A stretch of DNA of 63,739 nt, counting the filler, from Pelomyxa schiedti (Eukaryota > Protista > Evosea): NCBI GenBank assembly GCA_020536535.1. It is 15 parts of 15 records of this genome, joined end to end, with 100 filler letters (N's around TTAATTAATTAA, not from the genome) between each part and the next. Parts side by side here need not be neighbours in the genome. Positions count along the whole stretch, not along the records: positions 31,732 to 41,025 come from JAHLWZ010000401.1; positions 41,126 to 42,644 come from JAHLWZ010000412.1; positions 42,745 to 44,607 come from JAHLWZ010002234.1; positions 44,708 to 58,745 come from JAHLWZ010001176.1; 11 more parts are not named here. One strand, 5' to 3'. Every line of letters starts with the position of its first letter. Positions within the stretch are counted from its first letter, which is position 1. The translations under genes and the position numbers were made by a program. Below the pieces are notes generated by a model. The model was given only the letters and a program-made list of their open reading frames with translations. It did not search any database and was not told where the DNA came from. Below, in pieces: positions 36,650-53,709 of the stretch.

Positions 36650-38900
36650 TCATGAGGTGGCAGCAGAACCAGCAGCGAGGTGGTGTATGAACGGGGAGAG
36701 GGAGTACAGCCACTGCGTTACGCACTCAGTCACTTGGTCGTCAGTCACAACGGTGGTGGTGGTGCGTGTGCATGATGATGAATCCCGGCGGTGGGTTGTG
36801 GTGACCTCGTGGATGGCCGCCGATGTGCAACAACATCGCAGGAGCTGAACAATCACTGTGAATGGGACCCGGTTCCTCTCTGTAAAAGGGTGAGTAATTA
36901 GACACACAGACAGACACACAAACACAGACAAACACACACCGAGAATGGAGAGGCATGACTGAACAACAATGAACATGAGGTCCCCCGCTGTTTCCGGCAA
37001 TTCTGCTGTTGTTCCACACGACTACGTCAAGAGCGGGGATGCAAGAGTGTGTGAAATAGTTCACGGCAGCAAGACCCGCATTCCTCCTGCTCAGACAGTG
37101 TGCAATTGCCGACTCTCCGGCTTCATAACACAGCCTCTTCACCTCTTTTGTTTGTTGAATTGTTGACAAATTGAAATTATTGTTGTAAAAACTGCTATTT
37201 GTTTAAAACAAATGACAACAAAACAAATAAAAATAGACCAAACACTTTAAATTAAATAAATAAATTAAATATTGTTATTATTGTTTTTTTTATGGATGAG
37301 AATATAATTTTAAATTTAAAGGGAAGCAAACAAACCAGCAACATTGGGAGGTGAAAGGGTCCGCATTTGTGCACCAAGGAAATTGGCCTGTGAGTGAAGA
37401 GGGAGCTTGTCAAGGGTGGAATCAATGATAGCCCCATTGATCATCTCCGCCATGAGCATTCCGAAGCCCACAAGTCCCCTGTTATTATTGTTGTGCTTGG
37501 ATATGAAGGAAGAAGCGGGAATACCCTCGATTGCGTAGTTGTTTGTGAACATCTGTGGTGCCATGTATACCATGGTTCCAGGAACAATGGTTTGTGGCCC
37601 ACTCTTTAGGGATTTCCGGTTTATTTCACGGGATACTCCTGCTGGTTGGTATGTGTCAGTCAAAAAAAAAAAAAAAAGAAATAATTGTCTGTGATTGGGA
37701 TGGAATTTCACACCGAAGTCACAGATCTTTGGGACTCCATTCGAGTCAAAAAGAATATTGTTGCTGCTCAAGTCTCGGTGCATGATGTTCTGCCTGTGTG
37801 TTATGTGAACTCTGATAAGTTGTTTCTTTGTTTTTGCTGGGTTTACACCACACACCTGTGGAGGTTGTCCATTCCATTGGCAACACCAAGTGAGATAGAG
37901 ACAAATTGTTTGATGGCAAGTCGTTGCTTCATTGAATCAATCTGCCTCAGAAGCTGTCTGAGACTGCAACACATGAGCTCGGAAACAATCAACAGTTTTC
38001 CAGACGTTATTGTGCAGACTCCCAGATACTTCACAATGCTTGGATGCCTCAGTCCACACACGATCTGTGTTTGTTTTGCTTTGTTTTGTTTTGTTTTGTT
38101 TTGTTTTGTTTTGTTTTGTTTTGTTTTGTTTTGTTTTGTTTTGTTTTGTTTTGTTTTGTTTTGTTTTGTTTTGTTTTGTTTTGTTTTGTTTTGTTTTGNN
38201 NNNNNNNNNNNNNNNNNNNNNNNNNNNNNNNNNNNNNNNNNNNNNNNNNNNNNNNNNNNNNNNNNNNNNNNNNNNNNNNNNNNNNNNNNNNNNNNNNNTT
38301 GTTTTGTTTTGTTTTGTTTTGTTTTGTTTTGTTTTGTTTTGTTTTGTTTTGTTTTGTTTTGTTTTGTTTTGTTTTGTTTTGTTTTGTTTTGTTTTGTTTT
38401 GTTTTGTTTTGTTTTGTTTCGCCTTATTAATCTGCGGGAATTTCGAAATGGGAAAGGAAAACCTCAGCTTCCGCCTTGAATCTCTCAACGTTGTGCGGTG
38501 ATGCAATCACCTCCAAGAGTGTTTTCACAGCAACTTCCTTTGACAATGGAGTGTAGATGTACTTGTAAACAGTTCCATAACAGCCACTTCCAGTGTGGAA
38601 ACAAGGCTCAGATCAGACTCTGGGATTGTCATCACTGGTCTCATTCTCACTTTCACTTGTGCCACTGCTGTGTTGGATTCCTCACAGTGCCCAATTTTCC
38701 TTTATGGTGTTGAAATGGGATGGCACGCAAGAATAAGAACAAACCTAATGACGATGACAAGGTGGGTTGTGGAAGAAGGGAGTGCAACGTCAACGAAGTA
38801 TCAGAGAGTGACACCTCTTCCTGTGTTGCTCCAACCAAAGAGACAACCTGTTGGTTGTCATCCACTCCAAAGCGCTTCTCAACTTCCATCTTCACAACCT
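36650..38900 (-). CDS. UBL-TKL kinase paralogue lacking its MORN 5' part
   Basis: VKMEVEKRFGVDDNQQV; GSGCYG, VAVK, HRDLSSNN, DFG, GTMVYMAPQ; upstream sequence is replaced by decayed fragments. Confidence 0.78.
38068..38419. repeat. (TTTTG)n microsatellite within a kinase intron, spanning gap 38199-38298
   Basis: Direct reading. Confidence 0.95.
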
Positions 38901-38959
38901 TTTTGTTGTTGCTAAGTGGTGTTTTTTTGGGGGTTGACTCATTTTAGGTTTTTACCTTG

Positions 38960-39500
38960 ATACAGTTAACAGTTCACGGCATCAATTACCGGGATTCCGG
39001 AAATAGCTGGAAATCCCCCAGGGGAAAGCAGGAACGCCGCGACAAGTTCCCCCACTGTTTCCGGCAGTGCTGTTCGCTCAGCCGTAACGAGCGACGATTT
39101 GGGGAGAGTGAGTGAAATGGTTCAGAGCATTAATTACCAGCAATCCTCCCGGCTGAGTGTGCAATTGCCTGCTTCACCAAACCCCGGCTTCAAAGCAGTG
39201 TCTTCAGACCTGTGTTGTTGTGACTGCAAGAACTCGAAAGTACTGTTTTTTGCGTATCAATTAATGAATTTTTAGATTGCTATGAGAAATATGAAGAAGC
39301 AAACAAACCAGCAACGGGAGGAGGTGAGAAAGGATCTTCATTGTTGAGAGGAGCCTGACAGGAATGCAAGAAAAATAATGCCGAATCAGGGGTTCCTCTC
39401 AAACTGGTGTAGAAAGTTAGACACACCCATAAACGCAAAATCGAGAAGCATGACTGAACAACAATGAACATGAGGTCAACCATGGCTGTTGTATGTCGCC
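38960..39500 (-). pseudogene. Scrambled fragments of the kinase family C-terminal exons
   Basis: DLMFIVVQSCFSIL, SPPPVAGLFAS, AIAHS.SRRIA-like pieces, out of order and interrupted. Confidence 0.6.
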
Positions 39501-39599
39501 TGTGCGCATTGTGTCACAAATCGGTGTCGTAGTTGCGTTACTCCACACAATCGATGTTGTCATAATCACTTTTCGCTAAAAGTTCATTGATCAGTGTGA

Positions 39600-41025
39600 T
39601 CACGACGAGGAAGGGGTGTTGGTTGTTGTGGAAACAGCACCGAGGCGGTGAATGAAAGGGGAGAGCGATGACAACCACTGAGCGACACTGTTGGTCACTT
39701 GGTCGTCGGTCACTTGGCTCTGAATTTCGTGGATTGTTGCTGACGTGCAACAACAACGGAGCAACAACACAATCACACTGAACGGAATTCGGTCTCTCTC
39801 TGTTTTTTTGGTTTAGCGGTGCCAAGATTGGGAGTTGGGAGTTACACACTCACCGAGGATGGAAAGGCACGAATTGACAACAAGGAACATGAGGTCTGCC
39901 GCTGCTGGTGTTTGAACTTGGGCCAGTGCATCTGGGGAGTGTGTGCGGCGGTTCACAACATCAAGGCAAGCATTCCTCCTGCTGAGGCAGTGTGCAATTG
40001 CCGATTCACTTGATTCCCCGCACAGTCTTCGAACCTCTTTCTGTTGGTTAGTTCTCGCTGGTGTGACTTGCCAATCAACCTTCCACATCAGGAGCTGAAA
40101 GTTGCTTCATTTGGTCCTCCATGAAAGTGGCTTGAGAGCGGAGAGGGAGCTTGTCAAAGGTTGAGTCCACAATGTCACAGTTGATCATCTCTGTCAGAAG
40201 AACACCAAATCCCCACATGTCTCCTGAGACTGTTCTTAGTCTTTAGAGAGGACACCAAGCAACAACCTTGAATTGAGTAATGATTTGTTGACATCTGTGG
40301 GGCCATGTGAATTGGAGTTCCTGGTCCAATGGTTGTATCTCCACTGCTCATTGCTTGTGTGTTGTTCATTCCACGTGATCCACCTGTTTTCAAACTGATG
40401 AGAATACACAACCTCTGATCTGTGCACACCAAAGTCACAAATCTTTGGGGTTCCACTTGAGTCAAAGAGAACATTGTTGCTGCTCAAGTCTCGGTGCATT
40501 ATATTTTGCCTGTGTGAGTGAAGGAGAGAGCATAAAAAACTGCACACAAACCTGTGAAGACTGTCCATTCCTTTTGAAACTCCAAGGGCAATGGCTGTGA
40601 CTTCTCTGAAACTGAGTTGCCTCTTTGAATGATCACCTCGGATTTGTTTCAGAAGCTGTCTGAGACTGCAACACATGAGCTCAGAAACAATCAACAGTTT
40701 CCCTGATGTTGTTGTGCATGTTCCAAGGCACTTCACAATGTTGGGGTGCCTCAATCCACTCACGATCTTGTGTTTTGTCAGGCAGACATTGAAGCAAAAA
40801 AAAAAAAAAGTAAACCTCAGCTTCCAATCTGAATCTCTCATCATTGTGAGGTGATGCAATCACCTCAAAGAGTGTTTTCACAGCAACTTCCTTTGATGAT
40901 GGCGTGTGGATGTACTTGTAAACAGTTCCATAACACCCGCTCCCCAGTGTGGAAACATGGCTCAGATCAGACTCCATGATTGTCATCACTGGTTTCATCC
41001 TCACCTTCACTTGTGCCACTGCTGT
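39600..41025 (-). CDS. TKL kinase paralogue (5'-truncated by contig end)
   Basis: LGSGCYG, VAVK, LRHPNIV, HRDLSSNN, DFG, GTPIHMAPQ, DMWGFG; stop ~39600. Confidence 0.85.
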
Positions 41026-41310
41026 NNNNNNNNNNNNNNNNNNNNNNNNNNNNNNNNNNNNNNNNNNNNTTAATTAATTAANNNNNNNNNNNNNNNNNNN
41101 NNNNNNNNNNNNNNNNNNNNNNNNNTAACACAAAAAAGAGAAAAAGAGTGATACCTGAGGCAGCTAAGCCTCCAGCCCGTATCATTAGAGGGGTAGTGAT
41201 GTTGGTACAAAAAACATTGGCTGGAACCGGAGTATAATAAAAAAAAACAGAGTCGAAAAAGCAATCTGAGTCAGTACTGGGAGATTTGCTTCATAGCAGG
41301 TTCGTAGGTA

Positions 41311-41846
41311 GTGAGCAACTACTTGAGGAGAATGGTGTGTAAATTTCTTTTCCTATTGAAATTTTTTTTTTTTCATTTATCCCACTCTCCAACATTAAAT
41401 CAAGCAATTTCCCCAGGACTGTGGGTTAACTTCCGGATATATTTAATACATGCGTGATCTGGTTTGGATCAAGGTACACAATACGATGCAACCCTGTTGC
41501 CAAAAAGCGATGTAACCCTCCAGGAGATATTGACCCAGTGGAAAGCTTTGATGTAATTAATGTCAAAGATAACAAAGGCAACAGCTTTTGTACCCGAGTT
41601 ACGTATAACCTTGTAACCTCTGCCCATTGGTCCAGTGTGAACATTGTGTTGCCGGGCCTCACTGTGTTTGAGAAACCCTCAATATATCCACTTGGCCAAT
41701 TTCTTCAGCCTCCCCTTCCTCCTCGTCGTCATCGTATTCGTCGTCGTGCTCATTTTCTGGTTCATTCCCTACTTGCACAGTAAAAAAAAAAAAAATTTCA
41801 ATAGGAAAAGAAATTTACACACCATTCTCCTCAAGTAGTTGCTCAC
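41311..41846. repeat. Inverted repeat: ~63-bp arms (41311-41373 / 41784-41846) around ~410 bp
   Basis: gtgagcaactacttgaggagaatggtgtgtaaatttcttttcctattgaaa(t)n and its reverse complement. Confidence 0.9.
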
Positions 41847-42295
41847 ATTNNNNNNNNNNNNNNNNNNNNNNNNNNNNNNNNNNNNNNNNNNNNNNNNNNN
41901 NNNNNNNNNNNNNNNNNNNNNNNNNNNNNNNNNNNNNNNNNNNNNNNNNAAATTTACACACCATTCTCCTCAAGTAGTTGCTCACATTCCTTCTCCGAGT
42001 AGGGCTTCGCCTCTCTTTTTTGTTGTCTTGCCAACAAAGTTACCGATGATGTTGTGTACGAAGTTTTTGTGGTTGCCGACGATGTAGTCGTTGCAGTTTT
42101 CGGCGTAGATGCCAACGATGTTGTCGCCGCACTTGCGTCGGCACGTTGTAGAGGAGGTCGGCTTTAATGGAGAAGTCTTGGGTTTCTTTAGGCTCGGTGA
42201 TTTCAGCTCTTGTGGCAACACCGGTCTCTGGTTGCGCGTCTGTTGGCTCCGGAAATGGTTTTTTTTAATGATTTCCTTTCGCTTGTAAGGTGAAA

Positions 42296-42396
42296 TGTAA
42301 CATTAGGTGCATTGATTTTTGATGTAACCCGAGGTGCATTGCTATTTTAATGTCACCCAAGGTGCAGAGGGCCTTTCCTTTGTAACCTAAGGTGCA
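42296..42396. repeat. Four spaced 16-bp direct repeats TGT(A/C)AC-NNN-AGGTGCA
   Basis: Copies at 42296, 42323, 42351 and 42381; spacers 11-14 nt. Confidence 0.85.
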
Positions 42397-42744
42397 GTGA
42401 TGACCCTATGGGTCTGTATTTGACGACAACTTTTTCAATCACATTGCCGTGGAAACTAACCGGTGGGTGCGCTCTGTCTAAACCACCCTCTTGACATACT
42501 CTCAGTTATGCCCATAATGTTATAGGATTTGAGTCCTTTCACACTTCAGCTGCTCTCTGGAGTTTATATCGCTGGTATGTTAAAATGACTTCATTTGTTT
42601 ATTCAATTCCCACCTTTCCAGCGGGCCTGTTCCGCCAAGCTTCANNNNNNNNNNNNNNNNNNNNNNNNNNNNNNNNNNNNNNNNNNNNTTAATTAATTAA
42701 NNNNNNNNNNNNNNNNNNNNNNNNNNNNNNNNNNNNNNNNNNNN

Positions 42745-44238
42745 GGACAAAGTACTTGCACAATTTTCTGGCCCAGAGGAAAAACTTCTCCTTGACGGAA
42801 GTAAAGGGATAATGCTCTCTTGGGGGAGCACCTATTACCCAAGTCACGTTGAGGCTATATCTCACTGGATGAAGAAGACTGGAAATCCACTTCCTAGATA
42901 TGTGATAAAGGACATCTTTGCTCAGATCATTCCCAGCTATCCTCCCAATCAAGGCTCCTCTTCCTCGCAGTGTGGTACTGCTATTGTGGCTACACCTACT
43001 TCGCAAGTTGAAGACTTCCCTCAACTCCTTTCCAATCTTAAGCAATATCACGTTGGCAACTTTCACAAAGATGGGATTCCCCAAGGTATCAAAGCACTTC
43101 GTATTGCCATTTGTGGAGCCCCATCTTCTGGAAAAAGTTCATTGCGAGACTTATTGATTTCTATGTACTTTGCATTTCTTTGACTTTTCGTTTACCTTCT
43201 CACCACAGCTTCCAAGGGAGTAACCTTTCTCAACAATACTGCGAGACTTTTGGTTCGCTTCGACTTGTTACCTTATTGACTCCCTGTATCGGCATATCCG
43301 AGATGAATACCGAAGAGGTTTCCCGTCTTTCTTGAAACCTCTAACTTATTTGAAACTAAAGCTACCAACCACTACCTGTGACGGCGCAATATACTGTGTT
43401 AATTGTAATCTCGCTGATATTGATAGCGGCAGGCTACAGTCTTTTCAAAATTGGTGCACCAAGCTCGGAATAAATCCAGTTTATGTCGGAACTCATGAAG
43501 ATAAAATCTGGGGGGGCTCAGGCAAAAAAGAGTCAACCAAAGTATGGCTGAGCAAGAAAAGTGGGACGACGATAGACCACACATTTCTCATCCAAGCAAG
43601 TTTCCTCTGGGGTTCCACTGAAATAAAATTGCGTGCATTACAGGTTTCCCTAATATATATTTTCCAACTAAACAAAAGAGTTATCCCTACAGATTCTCCA
43701 AACGGTTATTCGCGGGTGTGACGAGGCCGTGGCGAAAAGAAACAGCACGATACCCCCCACTGCCCCTCATTCCGCTGAAACCCAGACTAGGGAACAGCCA
43801 GATGCTGAAATGTCATCAGAAAACAGCACGCCAGCTAGGACTAGCCCTAGTGCGAGTTCCAGCACCGAACCTACCACAAACACAAATGCCCCAGCTACTC
43901 AATGCAATAATAATCCCCCCTCACTACCTCCCCAACCAATTCCCCCACAACCAGTACTGCAACTCACAGTGAAAGTCACCTACCAAGGGAAGGAGATACC
44001 CATACAAATACTAGCATCTTCTTGTGTAGGGGATGTACTAAAGGAGGCACTCAAATGGTTTGAATTAGTGCAACCTCCAACTGGGCCTGCGTACTACCTG
44101 TCTGACATGGTACATAATCTCGCACTGTTTCTTTACCCTTTTGAAATAACCAGGAGAAATTAGGAAGATGCCGAACTAGACCCCAGTGATAAAGTTGCTG
44201 TTGTAGGAACCACTTCCTTCCTACTTGGAAAATACTAA
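42745..44238 (+). CDS. P-loop GTPase-like (IFI44-like) protein with C-terminal ubiquitin-like domain, 5'-truncated
   Basis: IAICGAPSSGKSS Walker A; DGAIYCVN; LGINPVYVGTHED (G4-like); C-terminal LTVKVTYQGKEIPIQI..SCVGDVLKEALKWF..|EDAELDP. Confidence 0.55.
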
Positions 44239-44266
44239 AAAAAAAAAAAATTTCTGGCACATGGTT

Positions 44267-44607
44267 TTAGTACAAATAAATGTCCCGGGGTAAATTGAGA
44301 ACCAGCTCAAACATGGGATACTCAGCACCTTCCTGTAGTGCGGTATTAATAAATGGACTGAAGAAGAAAAAGAGGAAAGGAGTGGAACCTGGTCACCAAA
44401 GTAATTCTGGCCTGTCAGGTCCTTCCATCTGTTTTTTGCATTTGTAAATAAGTCAGCGAGTGTTGTGGCATCCGTCAAGCGGTAGTTTGCCCTCAGGTCC
44501 CCTCTGTGCACGGTAACAGTGCCCTTGGTTCCTGTTGGTGGTTGTGGCCTGGCCTCCTTGGTGGCTAATTGGTACGGGAACATGGATGCCGCCTGTCTAC
44601 TGAGGTA
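44267..44607 (-). CDS. C-terminal fragment with a beta-grasp/UBL-like domain
   Basis: VTVHRGDLRANYRL..TTLADLFTNAKNRW..FGDQ|EGAEYP..IYLY*. Confidence 0.4.
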
Positions 44608-44707
44608 NNNNNNNNNNNNNNNNNNNNNNNNNNNNNNNNNNNNNNNNNNNNTTAATTAATTAANNNNNNNNNNNNNNNNNNNNNNNNNNNNNNNNNNNNN
44701 NNNNNNN

Positions 44708-46171
44708 TCTGCAGCCGCTAATTGTGAGTTCACTTCAGCAAGTTTTTCCTCCAGACTTGCCTTTGCTGCTCTGAGGGTGCGGATTTTTTCTGTAAAAGTT
44801 GCAAGTTCCTTTGGGTATTTAGTTCATGTAAAGTTTGCTGCTAGTACATACTTCACTAGCTTCACGTTTCTTTAAAAGAGCAGCTCTGATGTCAGCGGTT
44901 GGTGAGGCAGAGCTATCCCCTAACTTTGCGCTTCCTTTGTCTGCAGATAGTAACTTCGCATGAGGTTTACAGTATATCTTGTTATTCATGCTAGGTTTTG
45001 TTAGTACTTCCTGCATATAAAAAAAATCAACCTGGCATAATTCCCAAGAGTGAGTAACTTATTGCAGTGAGAACATTTAAAGCAACTCTTGTGGTACAAC
45101 TCGCTATCAGCGGTGAGCCTCTCGCTTGGAGGAACTTGTTTACTACAGACAGCACACGTAGGGGGAGGCTTAGTGGGTGTTCCTGATGCTGCCGCGGAAG
45201 TGGTCTGCAGAGGGAATGTAGGGCTTGGTGTTCGAGTAGGCTCTGGGATGATCTCAGCTTTTGGTGTCTTACAGATTGTGAATAAAACGCACCGGCATGA
45301 AAGAATATACCTCAACTGCAGGTTTTCTAGTGGCTACAACCCTTCTTGTTGGCTTGATATTCCTGTCTTCCGATGTCTGAATCATTGTGAGAAAAGGAAT
45401 CTTTTTGAATCCACTCACCCCTTCACCACTGTGGAAATCTAAGATGTCATATCGCGTTCCATCACCGAAGTCATAATGTGTTGGCTGTGGTATGAGGAAT
45501 GAGTACTCAATTTCTTATTATAATTGCCAAATACCTTGTGCGCACCACCACAGGCCAGAAGTTCGTTGGCAATCCCTTGGAATTTTAGAGATAAAAAGTT
45601 GAAGAAAAGATAAGTACTGGTATTTGATAACTGGGAAGGATCTGCCCCAATGAATTCCAGTGAAACTGATACATTAGGCATCTTAGCAAATACAAGACCT
45701 TTCTGGCTGGAGAGTCTTGCTTTTTTAAGAATCGGGGCTTGTTTTCCCGCAAATACAAAGCACACATATCTATTACGGACGCTTGTGAGCCCCTGTACAT
45801 CACAAGTAAATTTCAATGAACGGGAAAGAAAAAGGCAAAATTCACTTGTTTCTCATCAACAGCTTGCACAAGGAGGCCACCATAAAGGCACTCTGTAGGT
45901 GTTAGACACTCCCTCATCTCAGTAAGGCCACCTGTCCCCGTTTGGAACAGTTTCACCATTGGAGGCCTACCGTCCACTAATGTCCACAACACCCTACATA
46001 AGTTACAATAACCCTATCTATTATTTTTACGGCAATTTGGCCATTAAACAAAAACCCAAAACAATGAAAAGTACTAACAGTAATTGCAATTCGTAAAACA
46101 AACCAATTTGTTTCGTTGGCGTCGTCAACAAGGCACGTCCACGACTGCAAGCACTCCCTTGACACTTCCAT
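44708..46171 (-). CDS. Coactosin-type ADF-H + LIM domain + coiled-coil actin-binding protein (3'-truncated)
   Basis: DDANETNW, TGTGGLTEMRECL, RYVCFVFAG..APILKKAR, CGGAHK|PTHYDFG; LIM CAVC..YHKSCFKCSHC..YCKPH. Confidence 0.85.
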
Positions 46172-46456
46172 GATTATGGGACGTTAACGATACTGAGGGT
46201 GCGCGACGGTGTCGCTTCAATGGTTTCGTGTTTGGATTTATGCTAAGACCCACTCCAAAGTCTTGATTGTTTCGAACGGATGGAAAATGAGGACATTTTT
46301 AGCATCTGAAGATCTGGAACCACAGAAGCAGAGCTGTGTTTGGGCAACTCTGGAGTCCACTCGGAATTGTGTTCTTGTTCTGCCGAAATTGACTCTTCAA
46401 GCCTCCGCCAGTTGTGATGAAAGGTACATCAAAATTATCAAAAAAAACGAAACGAC

Positions 46457-52317
<5,861 letters not shown>

Positions 52318-52494
52318 GAGATTACCACTGCACAGAATTAGCACCATTGTACGATAATATCCAAGCTATACACCCTGTTTGTACAACTGAATTTTCCTTC
52401 TGTAACTTGTTATTGTGAACCCTTAGAATGAAGAGGCATTCACGTTAGGAGAAGAGCGTTCATTGAACAAGGAATAAACAGAAAAAGCAGGGGG

Positions 52495-53552
52495 ATGGCG
52501 GCCACGACAGGGACGGAGATGACGCGGATCGTTGTGGACGAGACCAAGTGCATCAAGTGTGGGGCGTGTGCTGTTGAGTGTCCTTCTTTCTGTATACAGC
52601 TTCAGCTTCTTTTCTTTTTTTTTTTTTTGGATGATTTTTTCTAGGCATTAAATGGACAAAGGGAGCGGCGCCTGTTACTAGTACTACAATGTGCAGTAAG
52701 GTTCTTTCTTTTCTTTTTTTGTGTTATGTAACGTTCGGTAGTGCGGACACTGTGCCGCGGTCTGCCCTGTTGGGGCCCTTTCGTGGGAAAACAGGTCCTT
52801 GGAGGCTGACTTCCCTCCAATTCGTCCCGAATTAACAGTTTCCGAGGCACAGGTGCTTTTTTCCCTCTTATAACTAAGAGAATGTAACACGGAGAAAAAA
52901 CCAAAAGATTGAACAACTCGTCCGTAGTCGCCGCTCAATCAGGCGTTTCCTTCCTGGGCCTATTCCCCAAGCAAAAATTGACAGGCTCCTGGAAATAACC
53001 CATTACACCCAAACGTCTGGAAATACACAGATGATTGAATACCTTGTTCTAGTAACTCCAGAGCAGGTTGGTTCTTTCTCCCAAGAACCCTGATGCACAA
53101 CAAAAAGGTTCGCAAGTACGCCGTTCCTGTTGTGGAATGGATCAAGGCCAAAAACCTCCCCTACTCTCAGTATGTTACCTCCCAATGGGATGTCGGACAG
53201 GACCCAATCTTCCGGGGGGCCCCTGTCGTCATAATTGCACTCTCTCCAGCTGTAGTCCAATTTGGAATGCCCGATATTGACGGCTCTATTGCCCTTACAA
53301 CCTTAAGCATGGTTGCTCCCTCCCTTGGCCTTGGTACATGCTGGGCCGGATTCTTCCAGCTTGCCGTCAAGGAATATGCACCCCTGCAAGCTTTAATCCC
53401 TGAAGGGAAAGTCTGCGTTGGTGCTGTATGTATTCCCAAACCTCATAACTGATCAGATAATGATCACGTTACAGATAATGGTTGGCGAACCAGTGCCGGT
53501 ACACAGGAGGCTTGTTCCAAGGAACCCTGTTAAGGTCACTTACCTCTCTTAA
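52495..53552 (+). CDS. 2[4Fe-4S] ferredoxin-nitroreductase fusion (spliced)
   Basis: CIKCGACAVECP and CSK|CGHCAAVCP; RSRRSIRRF; TSGNTQ; DPIFRGAP; SLGLGTCWAG; ends RNPVKVTYLS*. Confidence 0.92.
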
Positions 53553-53709
53553 AACAACGCTTCTGTGCTGAAGTGATGATGACTAAATTGTGGGTCCTTT
53601 TAAGGCCACAGACGTACATAATTAACAGAGCATCTGCCTTTTCCTTCAAAAACTTTCGCCGAATCCTGGCCATGACGGGCTGTCTGCGTGGTGTGGTTTG
53701 AGCAACACT

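Noticed and set aside
37685-38506. FCFVL/KTKQN repeat proteins (and RRASCVV at 23555-23942)
   Set aside because: Translations of microsatellites
42296-42396. CRISPR array
   Set aside because: 16-bp degenerate repeats, 11-14-nt spacers, eukaryotic context and no cas genes
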